Below are positions 1-9,266 of a stretch of 36,979 nt of DNA, in pieces. Source of the stretch: Candidatus Brocadiia bacterium (GTDB lineage: Bacteria; Planctomycetota; Brocadiia; SM23-32). The translations under genes were made by a program, and so were the position numbers. The notes under the pieces are model-generated. The model saw nothing but the letters and a program-made list of their open reading frames with translations, searched no databases and was not told the origin of the DNA. Each line of letters opens with the position of its first letter. The stretch's first letter is position 1. The DNA is taken from assembly GCA_046538485.1 (NCBI GenBank), contig JBKHIT010000052.1:1-36979 (forward strand), in the 5' to 3' direction.

Positions 1-77
1 AAACCCACCGGGGCTCCACGTATCCGGGATGCCACGCAGATGCAAGGGGTTATCGACGAGCGCGCCCTGCCGTTCAT

Positions 78-512
78 TGCCCTGAAAGGGCAGTATATGA
101 TAGCCCGGGGTGCAGACGGCTGAAGGTCCTCGGAGCCCTGGGGTTCAGGTGTGCATTGATGAAAAAAGTGGGCTGAAGGCCCACCACGAGACTGTGTCGT
201 TCCGCCTTTTTTCCTGGGCTTTGCGTGTGTTCCGACGCAACGGACCGCTGAAGCGGTCCACTACGAGCACCTCTCAGTGAATTGCACGTTCCAGAGTGAT
301 TGCAAGCCGTGAAATCATCGTCAGGTTCGTAGTGAGTCTCTTCAGGGCTGTGGCGCACTCCAAAGCCAGCGCGGCGCGCTGGCAGGGTACCACCCTAAAT
401 AGGTTGATTTTTGTTGCGTCCTGCGGCACGAGACATTTCCCGCAACCCCGGGATGTCGGCGGCACCGGCCCGGGCGATGTCCCGCGCGCCAGCGGCGCGC
501 TGTGTCGTTCCG
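78..512. repeat. Cluster of REP-like palindromic hairpins of several types
   Basis: TGCCCT-GAA-AGGGCA (78-92); GTGGGC-TGAAG-GCCCAC-CACGA (168-189); GGACCGC-TGAA-GCGGTCC-ACTACGA (242-266); an oppositely oriented degenerate copy TCGTAGT-GAGTCTC-TTCA-GGGCT (327-349); GCCAGCGC-GGC-GCGCTGGC (365-383); GCGCGCC-AGC-GGCGCGC (484-500); 13-bp direct repeat CTGTGTCGTTCCG (192-204, 500-512). No credible protein in any frame. Confidence 0.65.
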
Positions 513-688
513 GAAAACCTCGGATACCGCACATTTTCATTTTGGGAGTTCCGGGGTAAATATCGGCGTGCTGCGGTCCCACACAGTCCCCAGAGCCGCT
601 GAGAGCACGTTTTTGGGGTAAATTTTTTTGCCCTATTCGCAAACTGCTGCACAGCTAATAGTTCCAATCAGCGCAAATGGCTCATGTT

Positions 689-710
689 GGGCTCAGCTGA
701 ACTCGAGTCT
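689..710. repeat. 22-bp element, exact inverted copy of 16448-16469
   Basis: GGGCTCAGCTGAACTCGAGTCT; its reverse complement AGACTCGAGTTCAGCTGAGCCC occurs at 16448-16469. Confidence 0.9.
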
Positions 711-812
711 TCGTTCGTCTGAACATACTTATTTCATCCCGCTTAAAGCAAACAAGCATTACAGGGGATCAGAGGTGCCCCGTCCTGTACGATATAGAAT
801 TCCTCGTTTCGC

Positions 813-841
813 TTGACCGTTAAGGGACGCGCGTTTAGTGT
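813..841 (+). promoter_or_regulatory. Putative sigma70 promoter for the PHP-kdgK pair
   Basis: TTGACC-N17-TAGTGT, about 65 nt upstream of ATG 908. Confidence 0.4.
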
Positions 842-907
842 TTATATTACCGAAACCGTAAACCGTTTGCCGGATTCGGCTTTCCCCCTTATTCGGATCT
901 ATAAAGC

Positions 908-2284
908 ATGGCCAAAGACGCCGAAGTGTTGGTGGAACAGCTCGATAGCTTTGATGCCGGCGAGAGACGTTCGGCCCTGGAGGAGTTGGCCCGACGGGCT
1001 CGGGCCGGCGCTATTGAGCGTCAGGAACCAGAGGGATGGATCAATCTCCACTCTCACACTTTTTTTTCCTATAATGGCTACGGGTACTCTCCCTCTCGGT
1101 TTGCCTGGGAAGCATGGCATCGAGGACTGGAGGTTGCCGGGATTGTCGACTTCGACGTTCTCGACGGTACGACCGAGTTCCTTGAGGCCGGGCGGTTGTT
1201 GGGGCTAAAAACAACGGCAGGTTTCGAGACCCGCGTGTTCATCCCGGAGTACAGCGATCGGGTCATTAATTCCCCGAAAGAACCCGGCGTCTATTATCTT
1301 GTTGGGACCGGATTTGCAACTCCGCCCGAACCGGGCACGGAAGCAGCCGGGACGCTCCAGGATATGAAACGGCGTGCGCAGGAGCGTAACCGCGAGATGA
1401 TGCGGAAGATCAACGAGTACCTGGGCGGTGTGCAGCTCGATTATGAAGAAGATATCGTTCCCCTGACCGCGGCCGGAAACGTGACCGAACGTCACATGGT
1501 GACGGCTTATGAGTCCAAAGCGCGGGACGTTTTTGAGGAAGAGGATCAGCTGGTTCCATTCTGGGCCGACAAGTTGGGCGAGCCCGAGAGTGGTGTCCGA
1601 GCCCTTCTCGACGATATCCCAGGTTTGAAAAGTTTGATTCGGTCCAAACTGATGAAACATGGTGGGGTCGGTTATGCTCAGCCGGATGCCGGCTCTTTCC
1701 CCACGTTGGAGAAGGTCAATGATCTGACTTTATCCTGCGATGCTGTTCCGAGCGGATGCTGGCTGGACGGCACGAGCGCGGGCGAGAAGGACCCCCTGGA
1801 ACATTTTGGCTTTCTGCGTGATAAAGGTTGTGCGACGATCACCATCATCCCGGATCGTAACTGGAATGTGCCCGAGGATGAACGAGAGATGAAGGTCCTG
1901 AAACTGAACGAGGCGATTGAGGCCGCGAAAGAGCTGCGAATGCCGATTCTGGTCGGGACGGAGATGAACAAATACGGGAACCGGTTTGTCGATGATTTCA
2001 GTTCGGACGCTCTGGCACCACATCTCGGCACCTTCCGTCGTGGGGCGCACATCTTGTGGGGCCACACGCTTCTCCGTATGACCGCTGGAGTGGGGTATAC
2101 GGGGGAATGGGCGGATGCGCATTTCAGGAACCAAACAGGCGAAAAGAACGAGTTCTTCCGCCGCATTGGCGCGTTTGATTACCCCGGAGAAGAGACAATG
2201 GCCGCCCTCGAAAAGATGAATGAGGATGCGAGCCCGTCCGATTTCGAACATCTCATCTGGAAGGATCAGGAAACGAATCAATAG
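908..2284 (+). CDS. PHP-domain (polymerase/histidinol phosphatase-like) protein, atypical
   Basis: 458 aa; NLHSHTFFS (HxH motif), then SP..AW.A..RGLEVAGIVDFD and GFE motifs of the PHP fold; short HEAT-like N-terminal helix pair. Confidence 0.7.
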   Translation: MAKDAEVLVEQLDSFDAGERRSALEELARRARAGAIERQEPEGWINLHSHTFFSYNGYGYSPSRFAWEAWHRGLEVAGIVDFDVLDGTTEFLEAGRLLGLKTTAGFETRVFIPEYSDRVINSPKEPGVYYLVGTGFATPPEPGTEAAGTLQDMKRRAQERNREMMRKINEYLGGVQLDYEEDIVPLTAAGNVTERHMVTAYESKARDVFEEEDQLVPFWADKLGEPESGVRALLDDIPGLKSLIRSKLMKHGGVGYAQPDAGSFPTLEKVNDLTLSCDAVPSGCWLDGTSAGEKDPLEHFGFLRDKGCATITIIPDRNWNVPEDEREMKVLKLNEAIEAAKELRMPILVGTEMNKYGNRFVDDFSSDALAPHLGTFRRGAHILWGHTLLRMTAGVGYTGEWADAHFRNQTGEKNEFFRRIGAFDYPGEETMAALEKMNEDASPSDFEHLIWKDQETNQ

Positions 2285-2324
2285 TCTCTCAACAGCTTGA
2301 ACTTGACGTGCTGGAGGAAGGATC

Positions 2325-3356
2325 ATGGCTGAAGTTGTGACGTTTGGTGAAATTATGTTGAGGTTGAGCACTCCGGGATTCGAACGATACACCCAGACCA
2401 CCTCTTTTGATGCCGTCTACGGCGGGGCGGAAGCCAATGTGGCGCAGAGCCTGGCCAATTACGGTGCTGATGCCGGGTTTGTGACCCTTTTGCCGGAAAA
2501 CCATCTCGGCGATGCCTGTATCCGACAATTGAGGTCTTTCGGTGTGGACACGAGCGGTATCGTCCTCAAAGATGGTCGAATCGGCATTTATTTCGTTGAG
2601 AAAGGTGCTATGCAGCGTCCCAGCAACGTCATCTACGATCGCTCGCATTCCTGCATTGCCGAAGCTTCCGGGGATGATATTGACTGGCACGAGGCTTTAC
2701 ACGGCGCACAATGGTTCCACTGGACGGGAATTACCCCGGCATTGAGTGCGGGAGCCTCCGAGTTATGCATAGAGGCGACCCGCGTGGCACAGGAACTTGG
2801 AATGACAGTGTCCTGCGACCTCAACTACCGCAGTAAGCTCTGGAAATGGGGGAAGGAACCCGACGAAGTGATGACGGAGCTGGTCAGCAATACCGACATT
2901 TCGATTGGCAATGAAGAGGATGCCGACAAAGTCTTCGGTATCCGGGCGCCCCATTCCGATGTGGAAGCGGGAGAGGTGGACGCGGAAGATTATCGGTATG
3001 TCGCGGAAAAACTGATGGGCAGGTTCCCGAACCTCAAAAAAGTTGCCATCACGCTACGCGGGAGCATCAGCGCCTCCCATAATACCTGGACAGCGGTTTT
3101 GTTCGACGGGGAAGAGTTGTATAAAACAGACACCTACGACCTGACCCATATTGTCGATCGGGTGGGCGGAGGCGATAGTTTTGCTGGAGGACTGATTTAT
3201 TCTTTCTTGAACGATGCTGACGACCAGGACGCACTCGATTTTGCGGTGGCGGCCGGTTGCCTGAAACACAGCATCCCGGGGGATGCGAACCTGGCGACCC
3301 GGGAAGAAGTTAAAAGCCTTGTCCAGCAGGGCGGATCCGGTCGCGTTCAACGCTGA
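2325..3356 (+). CDS. kdgK: 2-dehydro-3-deoxygluconokinase (PfkB family sugar kinase)
   Basis: VVTFGEIMLRLS, GGAEANVA, YDRSHS, WFHWTGITPALS, DLNYRSKLW, DRVGGGDSFAGG, KHSIPGD, GRVQR C-terminus; SD GGAGG/AAGGA upstream. Confidence 0.9.
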   Translation: MAEVVTFGEIMLRLSTPGFERYTQTTSFDAVYGGAEANVAQSLANYGADAGFVTLLPENHLGDACIRQLRSFGVDTSGIVLKDGRIGIYFVEKGAMQRPSNVIYDRSHSCIAEASGDDIDWHEALHGAQWFHWTGITPALSAGASELCIEATRVAQELGMTVSCDLNYRSKLWKWGKEPDEVMTELVSNTDISIGNEEDADKVFGIRAPHSDVEAGEVDAEDYRYVAEKLMGRFPNLKKVAITLRGSISASHNTWTAVLFDGEELYKTDTYDLTHIVDRVGGGDSFAGGLIYSFLNDADDQDALDFAVAAGCLKHSIPGDANLATREEVKSLVQQGGSGRVQR

Positions 3357-3541
3357 AAGAACCGAAAGTGGCCCGATTTCAGAAAGATTGAACAATTGCC
3401 GGTTTTGTTTCACTCAGTGAGTGACGCGGTTGCTGGACGAGTTATTATAATAAGTAGTTGGATACTTCCTGATCCGGCTGTACGGCCATAGGTGGCTGTC
3501 GACCGGCGATTTCGCACTTTCATTGTTTATGGGGTCGGATT

Positions 3542-4837
3542 TTGCTGTCGAGTCTTCGGGCTATAACTCGCAATTCATTTGTTGAGATAATACGCCAGCC
3601 GATCTACGCGATTCTGGTGGTTGTGGGGATTGTGCTGATAGGGGCGAGCCCACTGATCACTATGTTCACGATGATGGAAGACGTGAAACTGGCGATCGAT
3701 ATGGGGCTGGGCACCATCTTCATGGTCGGTATAGTTCTGTCGATCCTCAGCGCCACTCAGGTTATCAGTCGTGAGATTGAGGCCAAAACTGCCGGGGCCG
3801 TCATCAGCAAACCGGTCGGACGGTTTGTCTTTGTGGCCGGTAAATTCTTTGGCGTCACGCTGGCGATGGCGCTGGCCTCTTTGCTTTTTACATTGATGCT
3901 TCTGATGACGGTCAGAATGGGAGTGCCCTCGACGGCGAGTTTCCAGATCGACTGGCCGGTTTTCCTGGCGCAGGTGTTGCCTCTTACTCTGGCCATCGGG
4001 GCCGGGATTTACTCCAATTATTTTTACCGCAGCAATTTCACCGCTACCGCAGTTATCTCTGGCCTGGTTCTTTATGTGTTTGCCTTTGTTTGTCTTCTTT
4101 TTGTCAGTAAAGAATGGTCATTGGAGTGGATTGCGCTGAGTTTCATCGCCAAAGACGCGTGGCCGGTCTTTCTGGCATGTGTGCTGGTATTTTTGGGCGT
4201 CTGGATGATTGCGTCGGTGGCGGTGGCGGCCTCCACCCGGCTGAACGTCGTGGCAAATGTGCTGATCTGCCTGCTTGTGTTCTTTGTTGGTATGCTTTCC
4301 CAATATCTTTTTGGCTGGACTGTTAATGATGCCTGGGTGCGGTGGGCGCCGCAACAGGATAAGAAGACCGTGCTCGTTTCCGGGAGGGTTGTTTCCAGAG
4401 ACGGGTCGCCGCTGGAGGGGGTTCAGATGATGGGTGTTCCCATGAATCCCGCTACCGATCCGTCCGGACGCTACGGTGTTAAGGTGTTGATGGGTGGTTC
4501 TGGCACAATCCAACCGCGGAAGCTTGGTTACGAGTTCAGCCCGCCGGCGCGCGACCTCGACGAGATACAGAAGCCGCGTCGCGATGTGGATTTCAAAGCC
4601 ATTCCCCGTGAAAAGACCGTGCTTGTTTTCGTGCGGGCCGGCTGGTTCGGCATCTGCTGGACCGCCTACCACGTTGTGCCGTCACTGCAGCTGTTCTGGG
4701 TGGCGGATCAACTGATGCGTCCCGACCCCATCATTCCGGTAGGATACGTTCTGAAAGCAGCAGGCTATGCTTGCGCGTGGTGCGTTGCGATGGTAGCATT
4801 TGGCGCATTCCTGTTCGGGCGGCGAGAGATCATATGA
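3542..4837 (+). CDS. ABC-2 type permease (PilI-like) with an inserted carboxypeptidase-regulatory-like beta-sandwich domain
   Basis: AITRNSFVEIIRQP, DMGL, SREIEAKTAGAVISKPVGRFVFVAGKFFG, C-terminal FGRREI; many TM segments; soluble insert VSGRVVSRDGSPLEGV...TDPSGRY...GYEFSP at 4367-4600. TTG start is uncertain. Confidence 0.8.
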   Translation: MLSSLRAITRNSFVEIIRQPIYAILVVVGIVLIGASPLITMFTMMEDVKLAIDMGLGTIFMVGIVLSILSATQVISREIEAKTAGAVISKPVGRFVFVAGKFFGVTLAMALASLLFTLMLLMTVRMGVPSTASFQIDWPVFLAQVLPLTLAIGAGIYSNYFYRSNFTATAVISGLVLYVFAFVCLLFVSKEWSLEWIALSFIAKDAWPVFLACVLVFLGVWMIASVAVAASTRLNVVANVLICLLVFFVGMLSQYLFGWTVNDAWVRWAPQQDKKTVLVSGRVVSRDGSPLEGVQMMGVPMNPATDPSGRYGVKVLMGGSGTIQPRKLGYEFSPPARDLDEIQKPRRDVDFKAIPREKTVLVFVRAGWFGICWTAYHVVPSLQLFWVADQLMRPDPIIPVGYVLKAAGYACAWCVAMVAFGAFLFGRREII

Positions 4838-4871
4838 GTTGGTGTTGAGAACGAGGAGGAGCTGACGAAAA

Positions 4872-6866
4872 ATGCCTCATAAGAAAAAAGTTGAGAACAC
4901 GGCCTGGCTGGGGCTGTTTTTGCAAATCATTTTTGCCGGCATCGCTTTCGCCCTGTATTACAAGACGGGTGAGGTCAGCAAAGCGCTCCTGGCGGAGACC
5001 TGGTTTTTGCTTTCCGGTGTGCCGGTGTGGGGGATGGTTGCCCTGCATGGACGGCAGAGACGGCGGGCCCGCGAAGAGCGGGAAGAGATGGAAGAACTGA
5101 AGCAGAAACGGACCAGCGAGGAGATTTTTGAGGATCAGGAACTCGACCGCATGCGAGCCCACACGGGGCTTCGGATTTTCGAAAAATTCGTGGAAACTGG
5201 ATTCTCGGTCCTGCTGGCTGTGTTGCTCGGGTTTCTGTGTTATTGGAACATCCAGGGCGTTATCGCCGTCGAAGAGATGAAAACGATTGAAAGTCCGCTG
5301 GCTGCCGTGGTCGGCATGGCGGTCATCTCCTTCTTCGGTTTCGTGTTGGCTAAATATGTAGTGGGGCTGGCCCACGATTCACGGCTGCGTCTGCTGCGCG
5401 CGGCCGGTTCGTACCTCATGGGCAACGTTGTGGGCAGTCTGCTGATTCTGGCTTCGATGAGTCTCTACCACTTTGGTATTGAGCTGGCGGAGCTCGCGGC
5501 TGCGTTCATTGTGCCGGGCGTGATGGGGCTTATCGCCGTTGAAATGCTCCTGAACTTTATCCTCGATATTTATCGACCGCGTGTGCCCGGTCAGGAACGT
5601 CGGGCCGTTTACGACAGCCGGCTTCTGAATCTGGTTTCGGAACCGGGTGATATTCTGCAGACGGTGGCGGCAACGCTCGACTATCAGTTTGGTTTTAAGA
5701 TTTCGGAAACATGGTTTTACCGGTTTATGCAAGGGGCGATCATCCCGTTGATACTGATCTGGCTGTCCCTTCTGTGGCTCCTTTCGGGGTTGGTTGTCGT
5801 CGATCGCGGAGAGATTGCGTTTATCGAGCGATTTGGAAAGCCGAGATTGCGGCCGGAGGATAAAAAACGGGAGTTGAAAGCGAGTGTTTACGGGCCGGGC
5901 TATCATTTGAAATGGCCGTGGCCAATTGAGAAAGCCTCCCGAATACCGGCGAAAAGGATTTACCGGAAAGAAATCGGGCGGCTGTATTACGAACAGGACG
6001 ACGTCGCCAGAGAGCAGATGGAACCGCCGGGCTCCGAGGGCGAAATCCAGACAATGACCGATCCTGATATCATTCTCTGGAAAGAATTGCACGTTGATCC
6101 GAAAGAAGGCAAAGAAGCCAGTTTCCTTGTGCCAAGCGTAATGCAATTGGAAGAAAAACTTCAGGCCCCGGCCCTGAACATTGCGCGGCTGGTCGCTCGT
6201 TTCCATTATCGCATCAAACGGCAAGAGGATGGGTCGGTCGACCCGAAAGCTGCCTATAATTTCCACTATCGTCATGCGAACCCCGAGGCGTTGATCGAGG
6301 ATCTGGCATACCGTGTGACCTGTGAGCTGGCGGCCAGCCAGAATTTTCTTGAATGGATTAATGTCAGGCGCGGCGAGGTGTCGAGGCGGTTTGCGAAAAA
6401 GTTTTCCGAACAACTGAACGCCCATAAGACAGGGGTTGAGGTGGTGTATGCGGGAATGCCCGCGGTCCATCCTCCCGCGCAGACAGCGGAGGCCTATGAG
6501 GATGTGATAAGTGCCTACCAGGAAAAAAAGACTATGGTTCAAAAAGCCCGGGCCACGGCCTATGAGAATATTATGGCTGCCAGAGGGAAAGCGGCCCAGG
6601 CCCTGAATGATGCGAAAGGCTACCGATACAAACTAACGGAGGTCTCGCAAGCTCAGGAGGAACGATTTCGAGAGCAGGTGAAAGCATACAAAAAAGCACC
6701 GCAGGTCTACCGATATCGCAGTTACTTCAGCGCTATCGAGCAGGTGCTGGCCGGGCACCGGTTGTTTATTGTGCCTGTGTCTGAAGTGGAAGTCCCGATC
6801 ATTGACATGCAGGAGCGGCTGAGCACAGACATTCTCAGCATGCCCCTGGAGGAGGAGATGGAGTGA
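4872..6866 (+). CDS. SPFH/band 7 protein, HflK-like, with a long multi-TM N-terminal region
   Basis: About 300 aa N-terminal region with several TM helices, then VVVDRGEIAFIERFGKP, GPGYHLKWPWPIE, GVEVV, VHPP.QTAEAYEDVISA and an Ala-rich coiled coil; SD GAGGAG. Confidence 0.85.
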   Translation: MPHKKKVENTAWLGLFLQIIFAGIAFALYYKTGEVSKALLAETWFLLSGVPVWGMVALHGRQRRRAREEREEMEELKQKRTSEEIFEDQELDRMRAHTGLRIFEKFVETGFSVLLAVLLGFLCYWNIQGVIAVEEMKTIESPLAAVVGMAVISFFGFVLAKYVVGLAHDSRLRLLRAAGSYLMGNVVGSLLILASMSLYHFGIELAELAAAFIVPGVMGLIAVEMLLNFILDIYRPRVPGQERRAVYDSRLLNLVSEPGDILQTVAATLDYQFGFKISETWFYRFMQGAIIPLILIWLSLLWLLSGLVVVDRGEIAFIERFGKPRLRPEDKKRELKASVYGPGYHLKWPWPIEKASRIPAKRIYRKEIGRLYYEQDDVAREQMEPPGSEGEIQTMTDPDIILWKELHVDPKEGKEASFLVPSVMQLEEKLQAPALNIARLVARFHYRIKRQEDGSVDPKAAYNFHYRHANPEALIEDLAYRVTCELAASQNFLEWINVRRGEVSRRFAKKFSEQLNAHKTGVEVVYAGMPAVHPPAQTAEAYEDVISAYQEKKTMVQKARATAYENIMAARGKAAQALNDAKGYRYKLTEVSQAQEERFREQVKAYKKAPQVYRYRSYFSAIEQVLAGHRLFIVPVSEVEVPIIDMQERLSTDILSMPLEEEME

Positions 6867-7915
6867 AAGAGAACAAGGTCACAATTGCTGTCGTCCTGAT
6901 CGTGCTGGTGCTGTTGCTTGCCTACGGATTTGTCTACCAGGTGCCAGAAACCAAGATGGTCGTCCACTATCGTCCCCCGAAGACCCTTTACAAGGTCCGC
7001 AATGCCGGTCAGGGCGAAAAAGGGCCCTACGAAGGGGGCCCCGGCCTCTACTTTCGTTTTCCCTACCCCATCGATGAGGTCCAGGAATACGATAAAAGAG
7101 TCCGGGTTATCGACGGGCCCCTGAACCAGACTGTCCTGGAAGACGAATGGCACGTGATTATCTCGATCTATGCAGCCTGGCGGATCAAGGACCCGCTGGC
7201 TTTCGAAGAGTCGCTGGAAGGGGATGTCCGTAGAGCCGAAGACCGGCTGAAAGATGTGATTTATAACGAGACCTCCGAAGCAATCGGCCAGCTCAGATTC
7301 AACCAACTGGTGTCGACAAACGAGGAAAAGGTTCAACTTCAGGCGCTGGAGGCGGGGGTTCAGGCCGGGGCACGGCAGGCGATTGGGCAGAAAAACTACG
7401 GGATTGAGTTACTGCACTTCGGCATCCGCCGGATCGCAATCCCGGAATCCACAACACAGAAGGTATTCGAGCGTATGAAAGCTGAGCGCCAGAAAGTGGC
7501 CGACAGGTTTCGGAACCAGGGAGAAACAGAGGAAAAAGAGATCGTTTCAGAAGCAAAGAAGAAGGCGGAAAAAATTCTGGCCGATGCTCGCAGCAGGGCG
7601 GAAGAGATTCGGAGCGAGGGAGAGGCGAAAGAAGCGGAATACTACGACAAATTCGCGCAACATCCTGAGCTGGCGATCTTCCTTCGACGGCTCGATGCGC
7701 TCCGCACTATTGCGCGCAAAGCCAGGGAATCGGGCACGCCCATTAGTTACGTCCTCGACACGAAAACCGAGCCCCTCGGCGCTCTCCACCGTGGTCCGCA
7801 GGAACGAGAAACCCTGGAGGGTCCCCTCGGGGATGAAGGCGTGGTGCCGGATGAAGAAACCGGTGTTGAAAATGAATCCGAAAAGCCCGAAACAACCCCA
7901 CCGACAGAAAAATAA
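6863..7915 (+). CDS. SPFH/band 7 protein, HflC-like
   Basis: Single N-terminal TM; PGLYFRFPYPIDEVQEYDKR, WRIKDP, YGIEL..FGIRRIAIP, VFERMKAERQKVADRFRNQGE, FLRRLDAL. GTG start overlaps the upstream stop (GTGA); SD GGAGGAG. Confidence 0.88.
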   Translation: MKENKVTIAVVLIVLVLLLAYGFVYQVPETKMVVHYRPPKTLYKVRNAGQGEKGPYEGGPGLYFRFPYPIDEVQEYDKRVRVIDGPLNQTVLEDEWHVIISIYAAWRIKDPLAFEESLEGDVRRAEDRLKDVIYNETSEAIGQLRFNQLVSTNEEKVQLQALEAGVQAGARQAIGQKNYGIELLHFGIRRIAIPESTTQKVFERMKAERQKVADRFRNQGETEEKEIVSEAKKKAEKILADARSRAEEIRSEGEAKEAEYYDKFAQHPELAIFLRRLDALRTIARKARESGTPISYVLDTKTEPLGALHRGPQERETLEGPLGDEGVVPDEETGVENESEKPETTPPTEK

Positions 7916-7953
7916 TCGGATAAAAGTCGCGATAGATTGAAAGAGGATCAAAA

Positions 7954-9183
7954 ATGGCAGACAACCAGAACGATCAGTTTACCGGGCAGAACGAGGACGA
8001 GTCCGGACCCGATCAACAACAGAATACCGGAACCGGATCCCGGGATATCGGAAGCGAAGCTCTCTCGCATGCTCTCAGTATCAGCTTCCGGTTCCTGATT
8101 ATTGGCATGGTGATTCTGGTGGTGATCTATCTGCTGCAAGGATTGTTTGTGGTTGGAAGGGACAAACTTGCGGTTAAATTGTGTTTCGGGCGACCCGTCA
8201 AATTGAACCTGGGCGCCGACCGCGGTCGCGGCTATGTGCTGGATTCGGAAAGCGGCTGGCGATACTGCTGGCCCTGGGAGGAGGTCGTCTATATTTCCCT
8301 CCAGGAACAGACACTTAAACTGCAGAAAGATCTGTGGCCGAGCAGTAACCAACCGGCGTCACAAAGTGGACCTGGACAGGGGTTGAATGTCAAACAGGAC
8401 AATTATCTTATCACCGGGGATGCCAATATTATCGGCATTCAACTTCAAGCAAAATATCGGGTGAAGCGCGAAGATGCCATGGATTACGCATTCCGCTGGT
8501 GCAGAAGCACTGACGAGGAAGATTCCGAACCGGTTCGCGATATGCTCAGACGGATGCTGATCGAGACGGCTATCGAAACTGTTGGCACCTGGGATGTGCT
8601 TTCAGTGCGGAGTAAATCGAAGACGATACCCGGACCGGAAGGGGGACGGAAGGTCAAACTCAACCTCTTCCGGGTAATGGAAGATAAACTTGAAGAAAAA
8701 CTGCGAAAATTCGAAGAACTCAATGGTTTCTCGCTTGGAGTCCAGGTAACCTCCATTGAACCGGTCGAAGATCCCGAAGTCCCACCCGCGGCCCGACAGG
8801 CTTTTGTGATGGCCGTTGATGCCGAAAGCGAGAAAGACCGACTTCTGGAGGAAGCTCACCGGGAAGCGAATCGGATCGTCCAGCAGGCCGAAGGACTGGC
8901 GACCGAGATCGAAGCCGAAGCGTCTACCTTTTCCAGCCGACTGGTAGCAAGCGCGCGAGGCGATTCTAAAGCCCTCATGAATCTGCTGAAAGTATATAAA
9001 GAGTCACCCCAAAAGGCTGCCATACTCCGGGATTGGCACTACCAGAGGATGATCGAAGAACTTCTGGGGCAGGCCGAAGGTTCTTTTGTGCTGCACCGGC
9101 CGGCTGAAGGCAGTAAACGAGAGCTGAGATTGTTGCTTGGAAAACCAATGAGTAAAGCCGACGAGGAAGAAAAAAATAGATAA
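7954..9183 (+). CDS. SPFH/band 7 protein, HflK-like
   Basis: N-terminal ALS.ALSISFRFL plus TM; AVKLCFG, GWRYCWPW, YLITGDANII, LGVQVTSIE, PPAARQAF..AVDAESEKDRL, coiled coil; SD GAGGA. Confidence 0.85.
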   Translation: MADNQNDQFTGQNEDESGPDQQQNTGTGSRDIGSEALSHALSISFRFLIIGMVILVVIYLLQGLFVVGRDKLAVKLCFGRPVKLNLGADRGRGYVLDSESGWRYCWPWEEVVYISLQEQTLKLQKDLWPSSNQPASQSGPGQGLNVKQDNYLITGDANIIGIQLQAKYRVKREDAMDYAFRWCRSTDEEDSEPVRDMLRRMLIETAIETVGTWDVLSVRSKSKTIPGPEGGRKVKLNLFRVMEDKLEEKLRKFEELNGFSLGVQVTSIEPVEDPEVPPAARQAFVMAVDAESEKDRLLEEAHREANRIVQQAEGLATEIEAEASTFSSRLVASARGDSKALMNLLKVYKESPQKAAILRDWHYQRMIEELLGQAEGSFVLHRPAEGSKRELRLLLGKPMSKADEEEKNR

Positions 9184-9266
9184 AACCAGCTGAATCGTAG
9201 CGCGGCCCGAAGCCTGCTCTTTTGCATCTGGACCGAACGCTGCGGAGTCAATGGAGGAAATAACAC

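Noticed and set aside
168..349. Possible CRISPR array (hairpins at roughly 75-85 nt spacing)
   Set aside because: The repeats are not identical, one is inverted, and no cas genes are present.
74..816. Short ORFs in the first 820 bp
   Set aside because: They overlap palindromic repeats and show no RBS or protein-like motifs.
3421..3451. Promoter for the SPFH operon (TATAAT at 3446-3451)
   Set aside because: The -10 box is perfect, but no -35 at 16-18 nt spacing or extended -10 TG is present, so it was not called as a feature.
5379..6542. 387-aa antisense ORF
   Set aside because: Shadow of the HflK-like gene with no recognisable motifs.
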